Assembly (NCBI GenBank): GCA_013239625.1
Contig: MU053379.1
Location: forward strand, 5,084,714-5,148,713
Source of the DNA: Lama guanicoe
Taxonomy: Eukaryota
Reading direction: 5' to 3'
Length of the DNA: 64,000 nt
Part shown: in pieces, positions 52,696-64,000 of the stretch
Position numbering within the stretch: the stretch's first letter is position 1
Layout of the letters: each line of letters starts with the position of its first letter
Program-made: the position numbers and the translations under genes
Notes under the pieces: generated by a model
Database searches by the model: none
Told to the model about the DNA's origin: nothing
Seen by the model: only the letters and a program-made list of their open reading frames with translations

Positions 52696-54654
52696 AAATC
52701 AAATCCAGGGAACATAACAAAAGATTAACACAATGTGTACACATGCAGATTTACTCCAGGAGCGGAAGGATAAGCCAGGGTAGCAGTCAGAGGACGAGAG
52801 AGAGACTCTAAAGGGTTAACAAGTTCAACATGCAGTCCCAACAATCACCATGTAGTAAACCAGGACCCAGGGACATTCCCCCAGATGACAACATTCATAC
52901 CTATCTCAGAATGGTGATCAAGACGAAGTGGCACTCGGGGGTAAAACACAAGACCGAGGTAGGATGCTTACCATCATCAACATGACTCAACACTATCCTG
53001 GAAGTGTAAGTTAAAATAATAAAGCGAGAGAAAATACAAAACAACTATTAAAAATGAAAGAGAAAAATAGGAGTTAATTGTCTATATAAAAAAATCCAAG
53101 AGACTCAACTGAAAAGCTATAAAACAAATAATAATAACAATGATGATGATGATGATAATAATGTTTAAGAAAGTGACCAGTTGCCAAATAGATGCCAATA
53201 CTTTTCCTACATACCAGGATTTAAAAATTAAAGCATGCATTGGGAAAAGGTCTATATCACAATAGGAAAACATTTTTTTAATTTCCCAAGAATCACCTTA
53301 ACAAGAAATGAGAAAACAGGGGCAGAGGGCCAAGATGGCAGAGTAGAAGGACACTTGTAGCTCACCCTCTCCCACAAATACACCAAAACTCACACATATG
53401 GACCCACCCAGCCAACCAGAGCACCTGCTGAACTCCAACAGAACATCCCCCTCTTCAAAAGACAAAGACGCCACGAATGTGGTAGGAGAAAAGGCAAAAA
53501 GAAGAAAAAGCAAAACAGTGCGGGACTAGTCCCGTGGGGAGGGAGTAGCAAAGGAGGAATGGCACTCATTCGCTGGTTCTCCCCTTCTCCAACAGAGAGT
53601 CCAGTGAGACAGAGGGGGAGCCTCCGAGGCTCAGATCTGTACAGAGCACCCCTTGACCAACAGAACCAACTTAAATAGGCACAGAGGGTCCCTGCGACAC
53701 CCAGACCGAGATGCGAGCCGACAGCTGGGGGACAGGACAGGCTGCCCGAGCCAGGCATAGGACTGGGGCGGCTGCACTGATGTAGCCCCAGGGGACTGCA
53801 GCGGGCTGCACGCCATGGCTGGGAGGGGACACAGAGCAGAACAACCTGAGCCCCCCATAAATTACAAAAAAAAAAAAAAGCAAAGCAACGCTGCTGGTGT
53901 GCCCTGGGGGGAGGGTGCCATAGCTTCTGTCCCCTCAGACCCGCGGAGCCATCACTGGCGCTTCTCCTGATAAGAGAGGTGAGGAACAGCCACAGCCGCC
54001 ACATCCTCCTGTGCACCCCTGGCGGGGGCGGGGCCAAGACCAAGACCTGAATCCGCACCTGGGGGCTCTGCAACCTCCTGAGCAGGACTGAGATTTGATT
54101 ACAGCCAGAGGCAGATAGGACCTTTCTGCCCTGGCACCTCAGAGAACTTGCGCCACCAAGAGAACGTGCTGGGTTTTGGCATGGAGCAGGGGCAGGGCTG
54201 TTCTGCTGTCTTCCGGAGCCCCCCCCATGGAGTGCCGATCCCAGGCGAAGCGATCAGCTGCACAGAGCAGCGGAGCAGCTGGCGCCTAGAGAAGGCAGGC
54301 AGCCACCCGCCTTCCTGGCAGGAGTGCAGCACCTGACCATGGTGCGGGAGGGGGCACGATCCACCCGCTGACCTCACCCGAGCGCAGCATCTTACTGCGG
54401 CATTGGGGAGGCGGTGACCTGCCTGCCCACTGTGCAAGAGGGCAGCACCTGAGCGCAGTGCTGCGAGAGGGCATGATCTGCTTGCTGATAGGCAATGGGA
54501 GCAGCACAAACAAGGGCACCAATGGAGGGCCTCTGGAAACAGCAAGCTGAGTCCGCGAAACAGGGAGAAGACAGAAAAACTTCTTAATAAAATCATGAAG
54601 AGTGCACGGTCTCCAAGAGAACACATTCCTTTTTTTGTTTTTACCTTTTTTTTT

Positions 54655-55340
54655 AATCTGTTCTATTTTCTATTACCTTTTTAATCTTTATTTTTTAAAA
54701 AAATTGTATATGTCCACAGTTTTAATCCCTTTAAAATTTTTCTTTTAAAATCTTTTTCTTATTATTATTTTTAAAAATCCACCTCATTTCACTTTTATTT
54801 CTCTTGGTTTTGATCTCCTGTTATTGATTATACACAGGTTTCAAATATTGCTTTCTGATTTTTTCTCCTTTTCTAAAGGTTTTTTAAGATGTCTCAACTT
54901 GATTGCTATTCAGCTTCAACTTGCTCTTCTATTATTGATTATACACTGTTTTCTAAGCTTCTTTTCTCCATTATTTTAAAATTCTCGTTTTATCTTTTTT
55001 AAAATCTGTTCTACTTTCTATTACCTTTTAAAATTTTACTTTTCAAACAATTGTATATGTCCACAGTTTTAATCCCTTTTCAATTTCAAAAATACTTTTG
55101 CTATGATTGTTTTTAAAAACCCACCTCATTACATTTTTATTTCTCTTGGTTTTGATCTCCTGTTACTGATTATACACAGATTTCAAATATTGTTTTTTGA
55201 TCTTTTCTCCTTTTTTTTTTTAAGGTTTTTAAAAGACGTCTCAACTCAATTTCTATTCTGCTTCAACTTGCTCTTCTATTATTCATTATACACTGTTTTC
55301 AAACATTTTTTCTCCCTTCTTTTAAAATTCTCTTTTTTGT
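54655..55340. repeat. About 350-bp T-rich tandem duplication in the L1 5'UTR
   Basis: aatctgttcta.tttctattacc...ttgtatatgtccacagttttaatcccttt starts at both 54655 and 55003. Confidence 0.85.
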
Positions 55341-55440
55341 AAGTTTTATTACTACATAGACTTTAGATAGATAAATAAATAAACTCCTTAAGGACCACAA
55401 TAGATAACTGATACTCCATAAGCCACAGTGCCAGAGAGAT

Positions 55441-56336
55441 ATGAGCAATATGAAGCAGAGGAACCACTCCCAATTAAAAGAGCAAGAGAAATCCCCTGAA
55501 AGAATGATCAATGAAACAGACATGGATGGACTACTAGATCAAGATTTCAAAAAGGGAGTGATCAAACTACTGAAGGAACTAAAAGAGATAGAGCTTAGAG
55601 ATATATAAAATATGTCAAAAATGAAATTGAAGCTATAAAGAAGAGCCAAGTGGAATTGGTAAACTCTTTGCTGAGATGAGAACTGATCTAAAGGCTGTAC
55701 AAAGCAGGCTAGATAATGCAGAGGAATAAATAAGGGACCTATAAGACAGGACAACAGGAAGCACTCAATCAGAACAGCTGAGAGAAAAACAAATAAAAAA
55801 CAATGAAAATATAAGGGACCTATGGGATAATATAAAGTGTGCCAATCTATGCATAATAGGGGTTCCAGAAGGGGAAGAAAGAACAAAGGGGACTGAAAAG
55901 GTATTAGAAGAAATCACGACTGAAAACGTCCCAAACCTAAAGAAGGAATCAGATATCCAAGTACAGGAAGCTCAGAGGGTCCCAAACAGGAAGAACCCAA
56001 ACAGACCCACACCAAGACATCGTAATCAAGATGGCCAGAGTCAAGCATAAAGAAATGATTCTAAAGGCAGCAAGAGAAAAACAAAGAGTGAGTTACAAGG
56101 GAACCCCCATAAGGGTCTCAGCTGATTTCTCTGCACAAACACTACAGGCCAGAAGGGAGTGGCAAGATATATTCAAAGTCCTGAATGAAAAAAAGATGCA
56201 GCCTAGGATACTCTATCCAGCAAGGCTATCCTTTAGAATAGAAGGAGAGATAAAGAATTTCACAGACAAGCAAAAACTAGAAGAGTTTAGCAACACTAAA
56301 CCCATGCTAAAAGAAATAGTGACAGGTCTACTCTAA
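55441..56336 (+). pseudogene. L1 ORF1p remnant (frameshifted)
   Basis: C-terminal ILKAAREK...SADFS...ARREW...ILYPARLSF; 5' part broken; start approximate. Confidence 0.88.
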
Positions 56337-56756
56337 ATACAAAAGAAGCAGGATGCTACAAAAGCGAGAAACTCCTAACTGGAAAGGTGATGACTATCAT
56401 GAATTACAAAAAGAATAAACACAAAATTGTAAAAGAAGAAATCTAAATCATTAAGAGTGGGAGAGGGAAGCAAGAAAATACAGAATACTTTTTTTTCTTT
56501 TTTAAATTTTTTGTTCTCAGTAGGATGGGTTTGAGCTTATATTACTATCTGTTTCATACAAACAGTTTTAGTAATGGGTTAACATACTTACAAAAAAGGG
56601 TAACCACAAGCCAAAAACTTACAAGCGAGTCACAAAAACTAAGTAAAGATTATTTAAATCAAAGATTTTATTTACAAAGGAAAATTACCAAACCACAAAA
56701 GGAAGAAGAAAGGAACAAAGAGGAAATACCAAATCAACTGCAAAAATAAGTTCAAA

Positions 56757-59700
56757 ATGGCAATAAACACACACCTATCATTAATTACTGTAAATGTTAA
56801 TGGACTAAAAGCTCCAGTCAAAAGACGCAGAGTGGCAGACTGGATAATAAAGCAAGAACCTTCAATATGCTGCATACAAGAGATCCACTTTAGGGAGGAC
56901 ACATACAGATTGAGAGTGAAAGGATGGAAAAGGATATTCCATGCAAATGGAAAAGCCAAAAAAGCAGGTGTAGCAGTACTGATTTCAGACAAAATAGACT
57001 TTAAAACAAAGGCCATAAAGAAAGACAAAGAAGGACATTTTATAATGATTAAAGGAGTAGTACAAGATGAGGATATTACACTCATTAATATATATGCACC
57101 CAATATAGGAGCACCTAAGTACATAAAAAAATTACTAACAGAGATAAAGGGGGAAATTGATGGGAATACAATCATTGCCGGAGATTTTAACACCACGTTA
57201 ACATCACTAGACATCTGATCTTCCAAACAGAAACTAAGTAAGACAACAGGGAAATTAAACAATACAACAAAAAAATAGATTTGGTGGACATTTTCAGAGC
57301 ATTACACCCTCCCAAAATAGGATATACATTCTTTTCAAGTGCACATGGACCATTTTCTAAGATTGATCATGTACTTGGGCACAAAAGAAGCCTCAACAAT
57401 TTTAAGAAGATAGAAATTATCTCAAGCATCTTTACTGGCCACAATGCCATGAAACTAGAAATCAACTACAGACAAAGGAGGAAAAAAGGAAAGCATGGAG
57501 ATTAAACAACATGCTATTAAGAAACCAATGGGTCAACGATGAAATCAAAGTTGAAATTAAAAAATACCTTGGGACAAATGAAGATAAAAACACAACCACA
57601 CAAAATTTATGGGATGCGGCAAAGGCAGTGCTAAGAGGGAAGTTTACAGTGATACAGGCCTTCCTCGAAACAGAAGAACAATCTCAAATAAATAATCTAA
57701 TCCACCAGCTAAGCGAATTAGAAAAAGAAGAGCAAAAAAACCCAAAAGTCAGCAGAAGGAATGAAATAATAAAGATCATGGAGGAAATAAAATAGAGATT
57801 TAAAAAACAACAGAAAAAATCAATCAAACCAAAAGCTGGTTTTTTGAAAGAGTAAATAAAATCCACAAACCTCTGGCCAAACTCACAAAGAAGAAAAAAG
57901 AGAGAGCACAAATTAGCAAAATAAGAAAGGAAAATGGAGAAATTACAACAAATAACATAGAAATACAGACTATCATATGGGAATATTATGAAAAACTATA
58001 TGAATCCAAACTGGATAACCTAGAGGAGATGGACAAGTTTCTAGAAACATACAGTCCACCAAGACTGAATCAAGAAGAAACTGACCACTTGAACAAACCG
58101 ATCACTAGAAATGAAATTGAATTACCAATAAAAAACCTCCCTACAGATAAAAGTCCAGGACCAGATGGCTTCACTGGGGAATTCTACCAAACATAAAAAG
58201 AAGAACTCATACCAGTCCTTCCCAAACTCTTCCAGAAGACTGTAAAGGAGGGAATACTCCCAAACTCATTCTATGAAACCACCATCACCCTGATACCAAA
58301 ACCAGGCAAAGACACCACCAAAAAAGAGAATTATAAGCCAATATCACTGATGAATATAGATGCCAAAATCCTTACCAAAATATTAGCAAATAGAATCCAA
58401 AAACACATAAAAAAGATTATATATCATGACCAAGTGGGGTTCATCCCAGGGACACAAGGGTGGTTCAACATATGCAAATCAATCAATGTAATACATCACA
58501 TCAACAAGAGAAAGGACAAAAACCACATGATCATCTCAATAGATGCAGAAAAAAGCATTTGATAAAATTCAACACTCACTTATGATAAAAACTCTCACCA
58601 AAGTGGGTATAGAGGAAACATATCTCACATAATAAAAGCTATATATGGCAAACCTACAGCCAGCGTAGCACTCAACGGTGGAAAACTCAAAACCTTCCCA
58701 CTAAAATCTGGGACAAGACAAGGCTGCCCACTATCACCACTCCTATTCAACATAGTCTTGGGATTCCTAGCCACAGCAATCAGGCAAGAGAAAGAAATAA
58801 AAGGGATCCAAATGGGAAAAGAAGAGGTAAAAGTGTCACTATATGCAGATGACATGATACTATATATAGAAAACCCTAAAAGATAAAAGGTCCAAAACTA
58901 CTAGAAATAATCGAAGAATTCAGCAAGGTAGCAGGTTACAAGATTAACGTACAAAAATCAGTTGCATTTCTTTACACTAATGATGAATCAACAGAAAGAG
59001 AAAAGAAAGAAACAATCCCCTTTCAAACAGCACCCAAAGTAATAAAATACCTAGGAATAAATCTAACCAAGGAGGTGAAAGATTTATACATGGAAAACTA
59101 TAAAACACTGATTAAGGAAAATAAAGAATACTTAAAAAAATGGAAAGATATCCCATGCTCCTGGATTGGAAGAATCAGTATTGTTAAAATGGTCACACTG
59201 CCCAAGGCAATCTACAGATGTAATGTAATCCCTATCAAATTACCCAGGACATATTTCACAGAACTAGAACAAATCATAATAAAACTTATGTGGAACCACA
59301 AAAGACCTAGAATTGCCACACCATTACGGAAGAAAAAGATAGAGGCTGGAGGAATAACTCTCTCAGACTTCAGACAATACTACAGAGATACAGTCATCAA
59401 GACAGCATGGTATTGGTACAAAACCAGACATATGGACCAATGGAACAGAATAGGGAGCCCAGAAATGAACCCACAAACTTTTGGTCAACTAATCTTTGAC
59501 AAAGGAGGTAAGAAATATAATGGAAAAAAGACAGTCTCTTTAGCAAATGGTGCTGGGAAAACCAGACAGCAGCATGTAAATCAATGAAGCCAGGACACTC
59601 CCTTACACCATACACAAAAATTCAAAATGGATCAAAGACTTAAACATAAGACAAGATACAATAAGCCTCCTAGAACAAAATATAGGCAAAACAGTATCTG

Positions 59701-60552
59701 ACATAGATCTCAAAAATGTTCTCCTAGGGCAGTCTACCCAAGCAATAGAAATAAAAGCAGGAATAAACAAATGGGACCTAATTAAACTTACAAGCTTCTG
59801 CACAGCAAAGGAAACCATAAGGAAAACAAAACGACAACCTACGGAATGGGAGAAAACTTTTGCAAATGAAACAGACAAAGGCTTGATCTCCAGAATATAT
59901 AAGCAGCTCATAAGACTTAATAAGAAAAAAACAAACAACTCAAACCAAAAATGGGCAAAAGACCTAAACAAGCAATTCTCCAAGGAAGACATACAAATGA
60001 TCAATAGGCACATCAAAAAATGCTCAGTATCACTAATTATCAGAGAAATGCAAATGAAAACTACAATGAGGTATCACCTCACACCAGTCAGAATGGTCAT
60101 CATTCAAAAATCCACTAATAACAAATGCTGGAGAGGCTGTGGAGAGAAGGGAACCCTCCTACACCGCTGGTGGGAATGCAGGTTGGTGCAGCCACTGTGG
60201 AAAACAGTATGGAGATTCCTCAAGAGACTAGGAGTAGACTTACCGTATGACCCAGGAATCCCGCTCCTGGGCTTATATCCAGAAGGAACCCTACTTCAGG
60301 ATGACACCTGCACCCCAATGTTCATAGCAGCACTATTTACAATAGTCAAGACATGGAAATAGCCTAAATGTCCATCAACAGATGACTGGATAAAGAAGTG
60401 GTATATTTATACAATGGAATACTATTCAGCCACAAAACCCAACAACATAACGCCATTTGCAGCAACATGGATGTTCCTGGAGAATGTCATTCTAAGTGAA
60501 GTAAGCCAGAAAGAGAAAGAGAAATACGAGATAGCTCATATGTGGAATCTAA
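56757..60552 (+). pseudogene. L1 ORF2p remnant (EN, RT, C-terminal domain), multiple stops and frameshifts
   Basis: EN motifs NVNGL, CCIQE, GDFN; RT YADD codons at 58842-58853; fragmented in the ORF track. Confidence 0.93.
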
Positions 60553-60999
60553 AACAAAACAAAACAAAAAGAAAAAAACATAAATACAAAACAGAAACAG
60601 ACTCAGAGACACAGAATACAAACTTGTGGTCGCCAAGAGGGTGGGGGGTGGGAAGGGACAGACTGGGATTTCAAAATGTAGAATAGATAAACAAGATTAT
60701 ACCGTATAGCACAGGGAAATATATACAAGATCTTGTGACAGCTCACAGCAAAAAAAAAAAGTGTCAATGAATATATATATGTTCATGTATAACTGAAAAA
60801 CTGTGCTCTACACTGGAATTTGACACAACATTGTAAAATGACTATACCTCAACTAAAAAATGTAAAAAAAAAAAAAAGAAATGAGAAAACTATGGAACTT
60901 TATAGTCAGGAGTATGAAGCAAGATTTGGTATAATGATGAAATGTTATGTTCCTTTGTGGGAAGATTTAATATTTCAAGATGGCTTTTCTCCTTTTGAT

Positions 61000-62350
61000 T
61001 TATTATAAATGGAATTGTTTTCTTAATTCATTTTGGATTGTTCATTGCAAATGTACAGAAATTGTTTTTGTATACTGATCTTGTATCTTGCAATCGTGCT
61101 GAACTTACGAGTTCTAAGAGTTTTTTAGGAGATTCTTTGGGATTTTCTAAACATATGATTATGTCATATACAAACAGAGATAGTATTACCTCTTCCTTCC
61201 CATCTGGATACCTTTTATCCCTTGCCTAATTGCCATGGTTAGAATCTCCAATACAATGTTGAGTAGAAGTTATAACCAAGTAAACATCCTTGATTTCTTA
61301 TTCCTGCTTTAGGGGGAAAGTGTTTAGTCTTATGTATGACATTCACTGTGGGTTTTTCGTAGAAGTCCTTTAACAGGCTAAGGAAGTTCCCTTTTATTCT
61401 TGGTTTGTTGAGTGTTTTCATCATGAAAGAATGTTGGATTTTGTCACACTTTTTTTCCTTCATCTATTGAGATGATTATATGGTATATGTCATTGATTGT
61501 TTTTGAAATGGTAAACCAACTCTGCACTCCTGCGATAAATCTCACTTGTTCATGATGTAAACTTTTTATATTTTGCTGGATTTGGTTTGCTACTGTTTTG
61601 TTGAAGAGTTCTGTGTCTACGTTCATAAGAGATACTGTGTCTGTAGCTTTGTCTTCTTGTGGTGTCTTCCCCTGGTTTTAGTATCAAGGTCATATGAACT
61701 TTATGGAATGGGTTGGGTCATGATTCCTCCTCTTCTGTTTTTGTGAGAGTTTGTGAAAAATTGATAATTCTTTAAATATTTGCCAGAATTTACAAGTGAA
61801 GCCATCTGTTCAGTTTCTGTTCATTAAGCCGGTTTCAATAGTCTGTGTATATTTCTAGCAATTTGTCCATTTCATCTAAATTATTAGCATACAATTGTTT
61901 ATAGTATTCCCTTATGATCCTTTTTATTTCTGTAAGGTTAGTAGTAATGTCCCAATTTTCTTTTCTGATTTTAGCTATTGCACCTTCTTTCTCCCTTTTC
62001 TTTCTTGATCATTCTAGTTAAAGGTTTGTCAATTTTGTTGATCTTTTCAAAGAACAATTTTTGGTTTTACTGATTTTCTCTATTGTTTTTCTATTCTTTA
62101 TTAATTTCTGCTCTACTCATTATTTCCTTCTTTCTGCTGGTTTTAATTTGTTCTTTTTCCAACATTTTAAGGTAGAAGGCTAGCTTATTCATTTGAGACC
62201 TTTTTAAAACACAGGCATGTACAGCTATAAATTTCTCTCTAAGTACTACTGCTTTAGCTACCTCCCATTAGTTTTGGTTTGAGGAGCTTCATTTTCATTC
62301 ATCTTAAGGTAGTTTTAAATTTCCCTTGTGATTTCTTCTTTGAGTCATCA
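61000..62350 (-). mobile_element. Older L1 ORF2 fragment, minus strand
   Basis: Minus-strand peptides [18 protein letters not shown]..., DKIQHSFMMKTLNK. Confidence 0.75.
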
Positions 62351-63095
62351 GTTATAAGGTATCTATTCTCATGAAATTTTTAATGACCCCTAATAAAAGG
62401 GATGCAGCTTAAATATATTTAAAAAAAAACACTAGTTACTAGCACTAATACTGGGATGTTAAAAACCATCTCTGTTAAGCAGTGTCCAAAATCCTCCTCA
62501 GTTGAAATTTACTGAACTAATTTTAATATGCACTAAAGAGCTGAGACCTGCAGCCTGAAAACCTTGTTCTGAATGATCTCGGCATGAGGCAGGGCAGAAG
62601 GATGGAAGGATCAGGGAGAAAGCAAGGAGCTGAAAGCTGCTCCTGGGGCATGGAAGGAGGAAATCTTACATAATAACATGCAGACTCAGATGCCACCAAG
62701 GACCAAGCAGGTAAGTGGTTTCTTCTTAGATCATGGGGAAAGGACACACTCTACCCAAAGGTGTATGTTTTTACTCTGAAGTAATCTTTATACCATTCTT
62801 CTGGGTTACTGGTTCCTACACTGCACACCTTAAGGAGGCTCCTGGAGTTGCTGCCTCACCCCTTGCAAGGGGTCAAAAGTGGTGTAGGCATCCGGGTCCA
62901 GGCACACTTCCAGCCCTGAGGTAACTAGCAGGCATGTGAGAACTTGAAGACCTGATGTTTTTTTCCCCTTACACATGCATTTAGATACTATCTGGGCCAG
63001 TATCTTTCTATCTCTTTTGCTGTCTGACTCCAATAAGTATTTTTAAACTTTCTGTCTCTTGAAACAATTTTGAGTTCACATCTAAAATTTGTTAT

Positions 63096-63150
63096 TTGAC
63101 ACAACATTGTAAAATGACTATAACTCAATAAAAAATGTTAAAAAATAAAA
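63096..63150 (+). mobile_element. 55-bp extremely 5'-truncated L1 insertion
   Basis: Matches the L1 3' terminus (ttgacacaacattgtaaaatgactata); perfect 13-bp TSD TAAAATTTGTTAT at 63083-63095 and 63151-63163. Confidence 0.88.
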
Positions 63151-64000
63151 TAAAATTTGTTATAAGTTTAATTAGTTGCAGAGGGTGTAATTTTTGGTAC
63201 ATAGTAAATACTGATGATTTTAAATGCACAACTCTCTTAAATGTATGGAACAGAATCAAAATACCACAGTGACTTAACACCTACCGTCACTCATTTTGAA
63301 AATACAGGAATACGCTACAATTAGGTTAGAAACCATTTGTGGTTCCTTTTTCTCCTTGAAAATGAATTCCCATTTTACTTTCCAAACAGAATGCTATCCT
63401 GATATAGTATGCTATGCTTCAAACTGTTTGTTGATATTCCTGCCATGTCCCTCCTGAACAAAAACTAGAAATGGAAAAATTTATGTATCTGTAGCAACAA
63501 GGCTCTACATTAAAAATGTTTTCTTCTGGACTGAGTTATCATTATAATTGTCATACACATTAATCAAAATGACAAGTATGTTATATTTTTGGTAAGTTAA
63601 TATTAAGCATTAAAAAGTAAACTTTTATTGAAAATGCATTTCTGAATGAGTTGGATTCCACTACTTTTCCAAATGCATCATGTCTCTCTCTACATATTAC
63701 TCACTGATAGAAAACAGAGAAGAGTTAGCATGAATTCCATGTCTGCTCTTGGGTTTTAAAGATGTAAGTACTGAGAACCTGTTCACAACAGTAACAGGGA
63801 ATGGAGGTTCACTGGTATCACCACTTCTCCAGGGTTATAATGCCAAATATCACATACTGAAAAAAACTTAAATTTTTAATGAGCTAGCTCAACCGAGCCC
63901 TTGTTCATTTTCGCTGACAGCTAAGAATCTGACACCACCTGACTTGCAAAATAATTTTTATGCAGTCACGAGACATTCACTTCCTCAGTTTTTCCACTTT

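Larger units (their letters stand above)
53318..60875 (+). mobile_element. Full-length LINE-1 (about 7.56 kb), inactivated, antisense in ABHD12 intron 1
   Basis: 5' ggccaagatggc, GC-rich 5'UTR, ORF1, ORF2, poly(A); perfect 15-bp TSD AAGAAATGAGAAAAC at 53303-53317 and 60876-60890. Confidence 0.96.

Noticed and set aside
53390..54073. 227-aa antisense ORF in the L1 5'UTR (ORF0-like?)
   Set aside because: Starts at TTG, runs through a homopolymer-derived poly-Phe stretch, and shows no recognisable homology.
55441..60552. Active L1 or domesticated reverse transcriptase
   Set aside because: ORF1 and ORF2 carry multiple stops and frameshifts.
60891..62350. Twin-priming inversion (L1 plus then minus orientation)
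   Set aside because: The pieces look differently diverged and share no TSD I could find; independent insertions are more likely.

Overview
Mammalian (eukaryotic) genomic DNA, probably camelid judging by the tRNA-derived SINE and the L1 3' ends. Two convergent genes are present. On the + strand, PYGB (brain glycogen phosphorylase) runs from exon 4 to exon 20 (523-18717, ATTAAA at 19769). On the - strand, ABHD12 (lyso-PS lipase) runs from exon 2 to exon 13 (43088-23837, AATAAA at 23244-23239). ABHD12 exon 1 and PYGB exons 1-3 lie outside the window. All exons splice into open frames; one ABHD12 intron has a GC-AG boundary. The right third is ABHD12 intron 1, which is AT-rich and packed with repeats, including a full-length but broken 7.6-kb LINE-1 with a 15-bp TSD, nested L1/LTR/SINE insertions and DNA-transposon fossils. 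I found no convincing new biological system. The best oddities are: a minisatellite grown from the PYGB exon-14 donor that duplicates the splice site and builds an E-box array; two possible RNA hairpins at PYGB acceptors; and an in-frame potential L1-antisense first exon for ABHD12. Exon numbering and repeat family names come from recalled orthologue and consensus knowledge, not from a database search.
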